Below, piece by piece: positions 49,187-58,269 of a stretch of DNA of 64,000 nucleotides (its first letter is position 1; each line of letters opens with the position of its first letter). Source of the DNA: a virus. The notes below the pieces were generated by a model that saw only the letters and a program-made list of their open reading frames with translations, ran no database searches and was not told where the DNA came from. Both the position numbers and the translations under genes were made by a program. The DNA is taken from IMG/VR virus record IMGVR_UViG_3300034101_003795, positions 27,953 to 91,952 of that record; one strand, written 5' to 3'.

Positions 49187-49901
49187 GATCGCCTTTTACA
49201 TGTTGTAAAAAATTTAAAGCTAAATTAATTCTATTATCATTATTCATACCTGGCCAATGTACAAGAAAATCACCTTCTGACCATGATCCTGGATTACCTT
49301 TACAGTCTAATGCTCTTTGATGCCAGGGTGATGGATATAAGTGATATAAGTATGAATTCATAAATTTTTGATTCATTGGTTTGATTATATTTTTGTATTC
49401 AGTATATTTATGATATAAATCTATCATTGCTCCTTGTTCTGCCCATGCTCTTGCTCCCCCATCTGGTAATTTTAATCCATGATCAATAGGTTTTCCAGTA
49501 TCATCTATATATTCATTATATAAACTTAAAATATGTTCAAAATATTTAATAGCTTGAGAACTATTTTTAATTAAAAAAGAATCAGAATTAAAATCCCATA
49601 CATCATAACTAATAATGAATTCATAATTATCGTCTATCATACTCTCCAAAGTAATATCATAATTAGTAATCATAGTATCGCAACCACACCAATATATCCA
49701 ATCATATTTATTAGTTTTTAAAGTCTTTAATACAAAATCTATTTTGGCAAATCCTATATCTTTATATGTAAAATTATTTGTCTGTACTATAAGATCATAA
49801 TTATGTTTTTCGCAATATTTTCTTTTGTTATACTCTGTAGTTACTACTGCTAATGGCAATATGTTTTTTGTATATATACTTAATATAGCAAATTTATTCA
49901 T
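49176..49901 (-). CDS. GT34/GMA12-MNN10-like glycosyltransferase
   Basis: YCEKHNY, YDWIYWCGCD, NSDSFLIKNS, EQGAM, GDFLVHWPG. Confidence 0.75.
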   Translation of the reverse strand: MNKFAILSIYTKNILPLAVVTTEYNKRKYCEKHNYDLIVQTNNFTYKDIGFAKIDFVLKTLKTNKYDWIYWCGCDTMITNYDITLESMIDDNYEFIISYDVWDFNSDSFLIKNSSQAIKYFEHILSLYNEYIDDTGKPIDHGLKLPDGGARAWAEQGAMIDLYHKYTEYKNIIKPMNQKFMNSYLYHLYPSPWHQRALDCKGNPGSWSEGDFLVHWPGMNNDNRINLALNFLQHVKGDLDN

Positions 49902-49910
49902 AATTTTTAT

Positions 49911-50582
49911 TTAAAAGTATTGGATGTTTTGTCTATTAAAAATATAATTAGCAGCACCAGGACAATATTCTATAAAAGCATTTTTACCAAGTCCTGTCGC
50001 AATTGCACATATAAGAGATTGATTCCCCACAAATGTTGGAATACTATTAATGATACTTGCCAATTCTAGTGATGTTGGAGTTTTAATGTAATCAATATTT
50101 GGATTACCAAAATCTTTATTAAAACTATCATATTCTTCTTCTAGGCCCAAAAATAATAATTGTGATACGTGAAAGTATTTTAAAAAATCATAGTAAAATT
50201 GATTATTTCCATGATATCTATGAGTTCTATTAATAATAATTTTTTTATTTTTAATTGCTGGATCATTATTTATTGGAGCATATAGCCAGGGTTGATGGAT
50301 TCTCTCATCGTCAATTAAATTAAATTTAGAAGCATGATAATTTGTTAAGTTTGTACCAGTAATTACAGGAATATTGTCTGGATGGTCGCCATAATTATAA
50401 TCATAATTTTGATTTGAATAAAGCGTAACTTTATTTTGTAAATACGGTTGAAATTCTATTAACGGTAATAAAAAATTAGCAGATTTCCAATTAAATTTTA
50501 CAGTGTTACATCCTCCATCTATGAAAAGTTTTTGTATCTCTAGTATTTTGGTGAATAATAATGAATATATGGTATCTCCCAT
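49911..50582 (-). CDS. GT9-like glycosyltransferase
   Basis: MGDTIYSL...LELASIINSIPTFVGNQSLICAIATGLGK; true start may lie slightly upstream. Confidence 0.55.
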   Translation of the reverse strand: MGDTIYSLLFTKILEIQKLFIDGGCNTVKFNWKSANFLLPLIEFQPYLQNKVTLYSNQNYDYNYGDHPDNIPVITGTNLTNYHASKFNLIDDERIHQPWLYAPINNDPAIKNKKIIINRTHRYHGNNQFYYDFLKYFHVSQLLFLGLEEEYDSFNKDFGNPNIDYIKTPTSLELASIINSIPTFVGNQSLICAIATGLGKNAFIEYCPGAANYIFNRQNIQYF

Positions 50583-50629
50583 ATCAACACAAATTTTAAG
50601 ATTATTGATTTTAATTTTTTATATATCCT

Positions 50630-51175
50630 TTATATTAATTTTAATACTGCTTCAGATATTGAACTAGGATCAATAGTATTTATTCTATTTAATGGATCGT
50701 CTTCATTAAAGATAGGTTTATTTTTATCATTAGGTTCAAATAAAATAATTTTATTTTTATTAGAGAAATATGGACCAGTATTATTAGCAAAATGACTATA
50801 TAAACCTACAATCTTAATATCATAATATGATGCTAAGTGTATTGGGAAACTATCGTATCCAAGATGAAGCGAAGAGTTTTTGATTAAAAAGGCCAGACTA
50901 TTATAATTAGTTTTGCCAAGATATGATGTATCAACATTATCATATTTTTTGTCTGATGAACAACCAATTTGAATAATATGATATTTAAAATTTATATTAT
51001 TTATTAAATTATCTATCACTATTTGCCATTTGTCATATTGACGAGTTGAACCTTTAGGATTAAATCCATGAAAAGTTATATAGTTTTTTTCTGGCAATAA
51101 AATTGGTTCTTCATGAATAAAACATTTATCTATCTTACATCCAGCAACACAAGCATATGTTTCTAATAAATGCAT
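50630..51175 (-). CDS. GT9 heptosyltransferase-like, C-terminal domain
   Basis: IIQIG, LGKTNYNSLAFLIKNSSLHLGYDSFPIHLA. Confidence 0.75.
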   Translation of the reverse strand: MHLLETYACVAGCKIDKCFIHEEPILLPEKNYITFHGFNPKGSTRQYDKWQIVIDNLINNINFKYHIIQIGCSSDKKYDNVDTSYLGKTNYNSLAFLIKNSSLHLGYDSFPIHLASYYDIKIVGLYSHFANNTGPYFSNKNKIILFEPNDKNKPIFNEDDPLNRINTIDPSSISEAVLKLI

Positions 51176-51179
51176 AAAT

Positions 51180-51602
51180 TTATTCCTTAGAATAACGAAG
51201 ATCAAAAGCGACACAACCAATACCATTATTTAGATAATTAATCAATCTTTGTGTCATTACACTAGCCATAATTGATATATCAAACAATCCGACCCATTTA
51301 CCGTATCCCTCCATAAACGGTTGTATATCCATTATATTATCATATTCTAATGTTTTTTTAATATAAGGATTATTTTTTAAGATATCAAAATATTCTTTTT
51401 TACAAGCAAAATAGATATCGCAATCATCCATATCTAGCTCATTAGCTTTATTCTGATATATCTCTTTTAGAGATCTTAGTAAGCTGGTAGCAAGAAATAT
51501 ATCTCCAGCACTTTCTGGTAGAATAAATAATATTTTTAAATTATTGTTATCTACATCAATTTCTGTTAAGATTTTTTGTAATATTTCGTTAGTATTAAGC
51601 AT
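51180..51602 (-). CDS. GT9 heptosyltransferase-like, N-terminal domain
   Basis: ILFILPESAGDIFLATSLLRSLKE...DILKNNPYI. Confidence 0.7.
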   Translation of the reverse strand: MLNTNEILQKILTEIDVDNNNLKILFILPESAGDIFLATSLLRSLKEIYQNKANELDMDDCDIYFACKKEYFDILKNNPYIKKTLEYDNIMDIQPFMEGYGKWVGLFDISIMASVMTQRLINYLNNGIGCVAFDLRYSKE

Positions 51603-51987
51603 AATAATATTTTATTAAATTAGATGTTGATTTATCAGGATTTTTTTTAAAAAAAATAACTTTTGCTATATCAGATCCTATGACTCTTTTATTTTTATAA
51701 TCATCTCCGACTACAATTATATCTATATTAGAATTTTTTATTGTATTTACCAAATTTTGTTCATCATTAAAAATAACTACTTCATCAATATACTTAATAC
51801 TTTCTAGAAATAATTTACGATCTGATTCATTATTAATAGGTCTATCATAACCTTTTAAAGATTTTACTCGTAAATCACTATCTATTCCAACGGTCAGATG
51901 ATCTCCTAATCCTTTAGCATATTTTAATAAATCAATATGTCCTATATGCAAAATATCAAAACATCCATTAGTCCATACTTTAGTCAT
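51595..51987 (-). CDS. heptose-1-phosphate adenylyltransferase-like (HldE/RfaE domain II)
   Basis: NGCFDILHIGH, KGYDRPIN, VGDDY, KSTS. Confidence 0.88.
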   Translation of the reverse strand: MTKVWTNGCFDILHIGHIDLLKYAKGLGDHLTVGIDSDLRVKSLKGYDRPINNESDRKLFLESIKYIDEVVIFNDEQNLVNTIKNSNIDIIVVGDDYKNKRVIGSDIAKVIFFKKNPDKSTSNLIKYYYA

Positions 51988-52751
51988 ATCGTTGTGACCC
52001 CAAATTTAGATACTACTTTTGCCGAACACACATTAGCAAACCTTATTGATTCTTTTATATTAGAAGTTTCAATATATTTGACTACTAATGATGCCAAAAA
52101 TGTATCTCCAGCACCACAGACATCTCTTAGAAAAACAATATCTGTTGGAAAATGTTCAATAGTTGTTGAAGATTTTTCATAAAGAGTCGCACCATGCTCA
52201 CCATTGGTAACTATAATAGATGACTTTTTCCTAATTGTATCTATATCATAGATATTATCTTGATATTCCTTATTATTAATTTTAATAAAATCAATGCCTT
52301 CAAGCATTTGTGAGACTAATTTTTTTTTAGTATCTATAAAAATAGTACTATTATGTTTTTTATGATTTGCAATATATTTTATGTCTTCTTCTGTTAAAAA
52401 TCCTTTACAGTAATCAGATATTATAATATAATCATATATAGAAAAATCATATTTATTTATATCAATACGGTTACATTTATCATTAATATCTTGTCTAAAG
52501 ATAATTGTATTATATTTAGTATCAATAAATCTACGTTTAATAATTTTTATTTCTGGTTTTATATGATTTATATTTAGAGTAGGATCTATTGCTTTTAAAT
52601 TATTATAAACATTACCTGACATACCAAAATTTTCTTTTATTATACCACTATCTAAAAAACATAATGCAGATGCTTCGGGACAAACTCTATCACAATACCC
52701 GTAAATATATTCATCAATACATATTTCTCCTATCAATAATATTTTTTTCAT
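51984..52751 (-). CDS. heptose-7-phosphate kinase-like PfkB (HldE/RfaE domain I)
   Basis: IDEYIYG...RVCPEA, ISDYCKG, DVCGAGDTF. Confidence 0.85.
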   Translation of the reverse strand: MKKILLIGEICIDEYIYGYCDRVCPEASALCFLDSGIIKENFGMSGNVYNNLKAIDPTLNINHIKPEIKIIKRRFIDTKYNTIIFRQDINDKCNRIDINKYDFSIYDYIIISDYCKGFLTEEDIKYIANHKKHNSTIFIDTKKKLVSQMLEGIDFIKINNKEYQDNIYDIDTIRKKSSIIVTNGEHGATLYEKSSTTIEHFPTDIVFLRDVCGAGDTFLASLVVKYIETSNIKESIRFANVCSAKVVSKFGVTTI

Positions 52752-53116
52752 ATACTTTCAATTATTCTGTAAGAATCATTATCATCGTGGTGTGTTGAAA
52801 TTTCTATAAAATCACAAGGATAATTTAGATTGGAAGTAAAGCGATGAACCATCATTGGCTCTAGAATAAATGAACAACCTTTAGGTATAATAATTTCTGT
52901 AACTAAAGATTTTTCCCATATCTCTAGTTCTAAAGATTTAGAATATTGAAGTTTTAGTTCTCCAGATATGACATAAAATGTTTCATGTTTTATTTTATGA
53001 TAATGAACAGAACACCATTTATTTGGTAGAACATGAAGATGTTTACCACAATACATTGAATTGTTCTCAATCCAAATCTCATAACCCCATTTTTTATTAT
53101 AAATATTATTTAACAT
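52748..53116 (-). CDS. cupin sugar isomerase-like protein
   Basis: KKWGYE, SVHYHKIKHETFYV, HRF, EISTHH. Confidence 0.8.
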   Translation of the reverse strand: MLNNIYNKKWGYEIWIENNSMYCGKHLHVLPNKWCSVHYHKIKHETFYVISGELKLQYSKSLELEIWEKSLVTEIIIPKGCSFILEPMMVHRFTSNLNYPCDFIEISTHHDDNDSYRIIESI

Positions 53117-53642
53117 ATATACATACTGGTATATTAGTCCATATATCACTAATTAGTTCTTCAACAAAATTCCAATTACCTCCAGCAAGACCACAGCCAA
53201 ATCTTGGGGCATGAATTTCTACGCGAGTATCATTATTAAAGTTTTTAGATACAAACATATTAATCTGATTCATACATTTTACTAATGCTAAATAATTCAA
53301 TGGTCTTGGATTCTTTTTACTAATAGTGCCTTTTTGGGCTATCATATTTGCAAAAATAAGCCTATGACCAAAAGTAGAATCCTTATATACTTCAACAAAT
53401 TGTACATATCCTAGATTATTTTTTAAAAAACTAGATCCTAAAAGGTGGTAGTTTTCTTTGACTATTGGGTAGTGCTTAGATAATTCTCCAGCAAACCCAG
53501 CACCAAAAGCATTAATATTGTTACAAACATGTGGAACTATAATACTTGATCCATTATTTCCTGATCTGGTAATTTTTTCAACATAATTAAAAAGATCTCC
53601 ACGAACAATCGGAAATGTTTCTTTATTAGATATTGTTTTCAT
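53106..53642 (-). CDS. macrodomain protein (Poa1p/TARG1-like)
   Basis: GDLF, HVCN, FGAGFA, ANMIAQ, PRFGCGLAGGNW. Confidence 0.88.
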   Translation of the reverse strand: MKTISNKETFPIVRGDLFNYVEKITRSGNNGSSIIVPHVCNNINAFGAGFAGELSKHYPIVKENYHLLGSSFLKNNLGYVQFVEVYKDSTFGHRLIFANMIAQKGTISKKNPRPLNYLALVKCMNQINMFVSKNFNNDTRVEIHAPRFGCGLAGGNWNFVEELISDIWTNIPVCIYVK

Positions 53643-53644
53643 GA

Positions 53645-53902
53645 TTATTTCTTTATAAGACTTTTCCATTTTCCTACTGGACATTCTTGATCAGCCCAAG
53701 CTAATTTATTCATGAATATTTGTTTCTTATTAAGATTGCACCCACAGACCAAACATTGAGAATTCTTACTGTCAAAATCATCACAATCAAGACAAATAGA
53801 ATATCTGTCTAATATTTGTGATTGCGTACTTTTAGGAAATCCCCAATATATATGCCATATCAAAGAATTTAAAAAGGTAAATATTTTATTTTTAAAGTTC
53901 AT
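53645..53902 (-). CDS. small Cys-rich protein
   Basis: RYSICLDC...QCLVCGC...CPVGKW. Confidence 0.7.
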   Translation of the reverse strand: MNFKNKIFTFLNSLIWHIYWGFPKSTQSQILDRYSICLDCDDFDSKNSQCLVCGCNLNKKQIFMNKLAWADQECPVGKWKSLIKK

Positions 53903-54122
53903 CTTTTTTAGTTTCTTTTATTGGTAGTATATTATTTGATTCGTCTAAGGTATAAATCTCTATTTTATTTACTATTATTTCTGGCAAAAACCATTTTGGA
54001 AAACCTGACTCTAAATCAAAGCATAATTTAGAATTATCTTTTTTGAAATCTGAAGTTATTATAAATAATCTATCCTCAGATTTAAAACAATCACCAGAGA
54101 ATAATTCTTCTATGTATTTCAT
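53892..54122 (-). CDS. small hypothetical protein
   Basis: Coupled ORF; resembles 19093..19263. Confidence 0.6.
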   Translation of the reverse strand: MKYIEELFSGDCFKSEDRLFIITSDFKKDNSKLCFDLESGFPKWFLPEIIVNKIEIYTLDESNNILPIKETKKDEL

Positions 54123-54307
54123 TTATATTCATCGTTCCAATCTTCCCATAGTTCTTCTTGTCTAATATCTTCTATCTTTGATTTAAACTGTTTTTTTGTT
54201 TTAGAAACAAATCTTTGTTCTTCAGAGACTTCATTAAATCTCTTCTGCTTGTTGCTAAAATTTTTCTTACCAGCTTCTTTTCTGTCTTTATTATCGAAAT
54301 CGTTCAT
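54119..54307 (-). CDS. small charged hypothetical protein
   Basis: MNDFDNKDRK..., downstream of a promoter. Confidence 0.6.
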   Translation of the reverse strand: MNDFDNKDRKEAGKKNFSNKQKRFNEVSEEQRFVSKTKKQFKSKIEDIRQEELWEDWNDEYK

Positions 54308-54338
54308 TTTTGAAAAAGTCTCGCGTTGAATACAACAT

Positions 54339-54366
54339 ATCATACCTTTGTCTTTGGGTGTGTCAA
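54339..54366 (-). promoter_or_regulatory. sigma70-type promoter
   Basis: TTGACA-N16-TATGAT. Confidence 0.75.
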
Positions 54367-54437
54367 GAAAAATATTTCATATTGACATGTTCCGCTTTGA
54401 TAACTATATATGATACAGGTCGGTGAGTAATATATAA

Positions 54438-55202
54438 CTACCTATCCATCTCTTCTATGTTCAAATTAATCCATTCTATATGATCACTAATTCTAGTGTG
54501 TCCTGATTCATCTCCATATGTTGAGTCTGGTTTTTTATCAATAGCCATTACGCATGAGTTGATTCCAGCAAGCCTGTCATCTATGAATAAACCACCCCCA
54601 CTGTCACCAGAAGAAATTAAAAACTCAAGGTCAGATGGGCTTGTATCGCTCATATGACGAGATGGTGTGCATATCAACAGACCTCTTTCTATCTGGTCTA
54701 TAGTATTTGATCCAGCCCTTCTCTCTGTGTCAGAGTAAATACAACCAGAATCAAATGTTCCATTTAAACCAAATCCACTAATTGTACATTTTTTATTAAC
54801 TTCATTGTTTTCTTGATATAACACTGGATAGGATTCTAGACCTATATCTTCATTAAGTGAGCATATTGCTATATCATACCAACCAAAATTATCTTCTTCA
54901 AAATCTCTATGACAAACTATATTTTTTACATGTATTTTTTTATTATTAATATGAATAACACACTTATCTGCATTCTTAACAACATGAGCAGCTGTTAATA
55001 TTATTCTTTTTCTTATAGCAACAGAAGATGCACAAAATATTTTGCCATCTCTATAAGAACCACATAATCTTCCAACATGTGGAAATTTTCTTCCAAAATC
55101 TATATATCTACTATCTTCAACTAAAGGATGTCGCGTCCCAGCATATCCTATATTAGATAATATGATCAAAAAGAATAGAATTATTAATTTAATTAGTCTC
55201 AT
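54438..55202 (-). CDS. secreted trypsin-like (S1) serine protease
   Basis: Signal peptide; LTAAHV, DIA, GDSGG. Confidence 0.9.
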   Translation of the reverse strand: MRLIKLIILFFLIILSNIGYAGTRHPLVEDSRYIDFGRKFPHVGRLCGSYRDGKIFCASSVAIRKRIILTAAHVVKNADKCVIHINNKKIHVKNIVCHRDFEEDNFGWYDIAICSLNEDIGLESYPVLYQENNEVNKKCTISGFGLNGTFDSGCIYSDTERRAGSNTIDQIERGLLICTPSRHMSDTSPSDLEFLISSGDSGGGLFIDDRLAGINSCVMAIDKKPDSTYGDESGHTRISDHIEWINLNIEEMDR

Positions 55203-55242
55203 TTCTAACTCCACTTACTGGTGGAATTGATATCCAAACTAA

Positions 55243-55252
55243 TTAATACACC
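55243..55252 (-). promoter_or_regulatory. putative phage late-promoter motif GGTGTATTAA
   Basis: Same 10-mer as at 36941-36950; intergenic. Confidence 0.5.
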
Positions 55253-55264
55253 CTATTATAGATT

Positions 55265-56266
55265 TTATAATACTTTTGATGCTATTAAACATCCTTTAGA
55301 AACAGCATGTAATGGATCTGATGCGTGTTTTACTTCTTTTATTGATAGTGGAAAATTATTTTCTTGTAATTTTTTAGTAAAAATATCCACATATCCTTTG
55401 GCTTGTGATGTGCCGCCAGCAACCACAATAGTCAATGGATTTTTAAACTTAGGTAATAACTTATGGTCTGTTAAAGCATGAGATAGTTGTTTTGTTGTAT
55501 AATCAATTAATCTATCATAGTATGAAGAAACGGCAGCCAGAATAGGATTATCATTAGGTTCACCTATATTAAAATCACTACCCTCTTTCTCTGCTTGAAC
55601 AACACTGTCCGTTTCACCAGTTGCAACAGCACTCATTCTATCAACCCAGTCTCCAGATTTTGTGGTACTAAAGACAACGGTTGGTTCACCATTAAGCATA
55701 ACACAAACATTTGTCATACCAGCACCACAACTAATTGCTATACCAGTATAATCATCGTTTTCTAACTCAGCATAACATAACGCTTCTGCTTCATTAATTG
55801 CTTTTGCGTCATATCCACATTCTGACAATACGGTTTTTATAACATCCTCATGATAGCCCACATCAAAATCCTCATCTTCTTGATCAACTGGTTGTGCAGG
55901 AACACAGAATACCAATTTTTCAAAGGGCTCGGATGATTCCCCGACTACTTCTTTCAAAATAAATGCTAATATTCTTTTGGCGTCTTTTTCTTTTGAAGAA
56001 ACAACACCCCTATACATTGGTCTTTTTGCTGTATCGTTTCTCTCAACCGCTTTTTCTATAGCATCTTTTCCTAGTATAATAAACGACCCATCACTATCTT
56101 TTATGAAAGTTTTTCCAGATAGTCCTTTTTCTATCATTTTTGTGGCAACGACTGTAGTTGGTTTTATAATATAAAAGGCATCTCTAAAATCCTTATAGAC
56201 AACTCCATCATCAGAATCTTGAGATAAAACAATAAAACTTGTACCAACATCTAGTCCCTTTGCCAT
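55265..56266 (-). CDS. actin-superfamily ATPase (MreB/FtsA/ParM-like)
   Basis: Phosphate-1 GLDVGTS, connect INEAEA, phosphate-2 ISCGAGMTN, SGDWVD, adenosine VVAGGTS, DPLHAVSKG. Confidence 0.85.
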   Translation of the reverse strand: MAKGLDVGTSFIVLSQDSDDGVVYKDFRDAFYIIKPTTVVATKMIEKGLSGKTFIKDSDGSFIILGKDAIEKAVERNDTAKRPMYRGVVSSKEKDAKRILAFILKEVVGESSEPFEKLVFCVPAQPVDQEDEDFDVGYHEDVIKTVLSECGYDAKAINEAEALCYAELENDDYTGIAISCGAGMTNVCVMLNGEPTVVFSTTKSGDWVDRMSAVATGETDSVVQAEKEGSDFNIGEPNDNPILAAVSSYYDRLIDYTTKQLSHALTDHKLLPKFKNPLTIVVAGGTSQAKGYVDIFTKKLQENNFPLSIKEVKHASDPLHAVSKGCLIASKVL

Positions 56267-56268
56267 AT

Positions 56269-56577
56269 TTAGCCTTTCATGTTTTTTAATTTATTAATTG
56301 AGGATGATATATTCTCATTTGATGTTTTTATATCTCCAAGATCTTTATATTTTTTTTCTAAATTATCCGTCTTAATATCTGTTACAAATGTTTTATCATC
56401 AATCTGAATTTTGTCTTTAGTAGATACCTGAGTATTATTTTTTCTAAAAACATTATTGTCTTTTATAGATACACCCTCGCTAGACCTAGGAATCAAATAT
56501 CCTATACAAAAACACATTACATTATTTACTAATAATATGGCTATTATTATATAATATATATTATGATCATAGGTCAT
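56269..56577 (-). CDS. N-terminal TM protein
   Basis: IYYIIIAILLVNNVMCFCIGYLI then charged tail. Confidence 0.7.
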   Translation of the reverse strand: MTYDHNIYYIIIAILLVNNVMCFCIGYLIPRSSEGVSIKDNNVFRKNNTQVSTKDKIQIDDKTFVTDIKTDNLEKKYKDLGDIKTSNENISSSINKLKNMKG

Positions 56578-57463
56578 ACTTATTTAATAGTCTACCTTTC
56601 TGTGATCTTACAACATAGCCTTTTCTAACCATGTATGGTTCAATACTATTTTCTATTGTTTCTATTGAAATTCCAGTTAAAGAAGAAATTGTCTTCAATC
56701 CAATAGGAGTTCCTTTAGATTTTGCTAGTGTTTCAATATATAGTTTATCATACACATCAAAACCATTATGGTCAATGCCTTGTATGTTAAATATCTCATC
56801 AATAGAAGCATCATCTTTGTTACACAGTTTATAATTTTTGTACCATTGTAGTCTAGCGTTCAGGATTCTTGGTGTGCCTTTGCTTCTTTTTGCAATCTCT
56901 AGTAGATCGTCATCTGATATATTAATATCTAGTTTTTGTGTATTCAACTTTGCTAGTTTAGCTAAATCACTATCACTATAAAAAGACAGATGTTCTTTAA
57001 TTGTGAAACGATCATAGAATGGCTGACTTAAACTTCCACCAGTTGTTGTAGCACCAACCAGAGTAAACATTGGAATATCAATAGTTTCTATATTATTTTC
57101 TATCGACATACTAAGTTGAAAATCCTCCATAATAGGATATAAGAATTCTTCAACTATTTTTGGCAATCTATGAATTTCATCAATAAATAAGATTGATCGT
57201 GGACTTATACCCATTAGATATGGCATAAGATTCTTAACGCTTCTCAGGTTTGCTGCGTTTGCTATGTATAGGTTCACGTTCATTTCGTGTGCTATAGCAC
57301 CCGCTATGGTGGTCTTACCAAGGCCAGGAGGGCCGTCTATTAAAACGTGAGGCATCACAGCACCCTCGCTTTTACAACCGCTCACCATGATCTTTAGACG
57401 ATCAAGAACATTTTGCTGACCAATTATATCGTCAAATTTAGTTGGTCTAATAATATTAGCCAT
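56567..57463 (-). CDS. ruvB: Holliday junction branch migration helicase RuvB
   Basis: IRPTKFDDIIGQ, GPPGLGKTT, LFIDEIHRL, GATT, DRF, KGTPR, IEPYMV. Confidence 0.93.
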   Translation of the reverse strand: MANIIRPTKFDDIIGQQNVLDRLKIMVSGCKSEGAVMPHVLIDGPPGLGKTTIAGAIAHEMNVNLYIANAANLRSVKNLMPYLMGISPRSILFIDEIHRLPKIVEEFLYPIMEDFQLSMSIENNIETIDIPMFTLVGATTTGGSLSQPFYDRFTIKEHLSFYSDSDLAKLAKLNTQKLDINISDDDLLEIAKRSKGTPRILNARLQWYKNYKLCNKDDASIDEIFNIQGIDHNGFDVYDKLYIETLAKSKGTPIGLKTISSLTGISIETIENSIEPYMVRKGYVVRSQKGRLLNKYDL

Positions 57464-57869
57464 TCAAACCTCCAATAGACTTTAGTGCTTTTTTAATTAG
57501 CGTGGAACAATCTTCTGTTATATTCTTTATATAACTAGAAATTAATAATTTGTGTGATTCTTCTTTGGTGAATCCATAATTGACCAGAGCTTCTGTGCTC
57601 TTTTCCAAAAGGTCATTTGGTATTGTGTCTTTCTCTGGTTGCTTAGTTTCTGTATGTTGTGATTCTTCTTTTTCTAAGTAAACAATTCTTATTTTTTTAA
57701 TTTGTTTTGGTGAAAAAGTAGTTTCACAATCACAAACAACTTTAAAGTTTTTTGTTTTAGTCTCTTTGATAGATAACCAGTGGTCACAATTACATTTATT
57801 ATTAGGGCATCTATATTTTAGATGCAAATCGTAATCAATCGGTTTCTGGTTTTTCTTTTTTGTATTCAT
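57456..57869 (-). CDS. Zn-ribbon fused to RuvA C-terminal (domain III) module
   Basis: CPNNKC...CDC; EALVNYGFTKEES...STLIKKALKSI resembles RuvA domain III; directly upstream of ruvB. Confidence 0.65.
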   Translation of the reverse strand: MNTKKKNQKPIDYDLHLKYRCPNNKCNCDHWLSIKETKTKNFKVVCDCETTFSPKQIKKIRIVYLEKEESQHTETKQPEKDTIPNDLLEKSTEALVNYGFTKEESHKLLISSYIKNITEDCSTLIKKALKSIGGLNG

Positions 57870-58260
57870 CTTTTACCCAAAAAATAAAATCATCAATATC
57901 GTTGTCATAACCTGTTTCAATAACGCCCTTATTAACTAGACCATTCAATATATTACTTGTCATTCTATCCCCTAGAGACTGTATAATTTTAGTATATATG
58001 GTATCATTAATTAATAGTCTGCGTTCTTTAGTTTTTTTGTTTTTTTGATGTTTCATTAACGATTTGATAATCATTGATGATTCATTAAGTGGTAGTATTT
58101 TATTTAATTCTTCTTTTTCTTTAGTTGTTAATACAATTATATCATCTGATTCTGTATCTTGATCTTCTTCTTGCTTACCGTAAGCATTATATATAATTTT
58201 TCTAGTGTGATCTATAAACATATCTAAATCTTTTATAACAAACCACTCATCTTTATTCAT
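57835..58260 (-). CDS. hypothetical protein
   Basis: Coupled ORF; C-terminal wHTH-like ILNGLVNKGVIE. Confidence 0.6.
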   Translation of the reverse strand: MNKDEWFVIKDLDMFIDHTRKIIYNAYGKQEEDQDTESDDIIVLTTKEKEELNKILPLNESSMIIKSLMKHQKNKKTKERRLLINDTIYTKIIQSLGDRMTSNILNGLVNKGVIETGYDNDIDDFIFWVKDEYKKEKPETD

Positions 58261-58269
58261 AAATATTTC

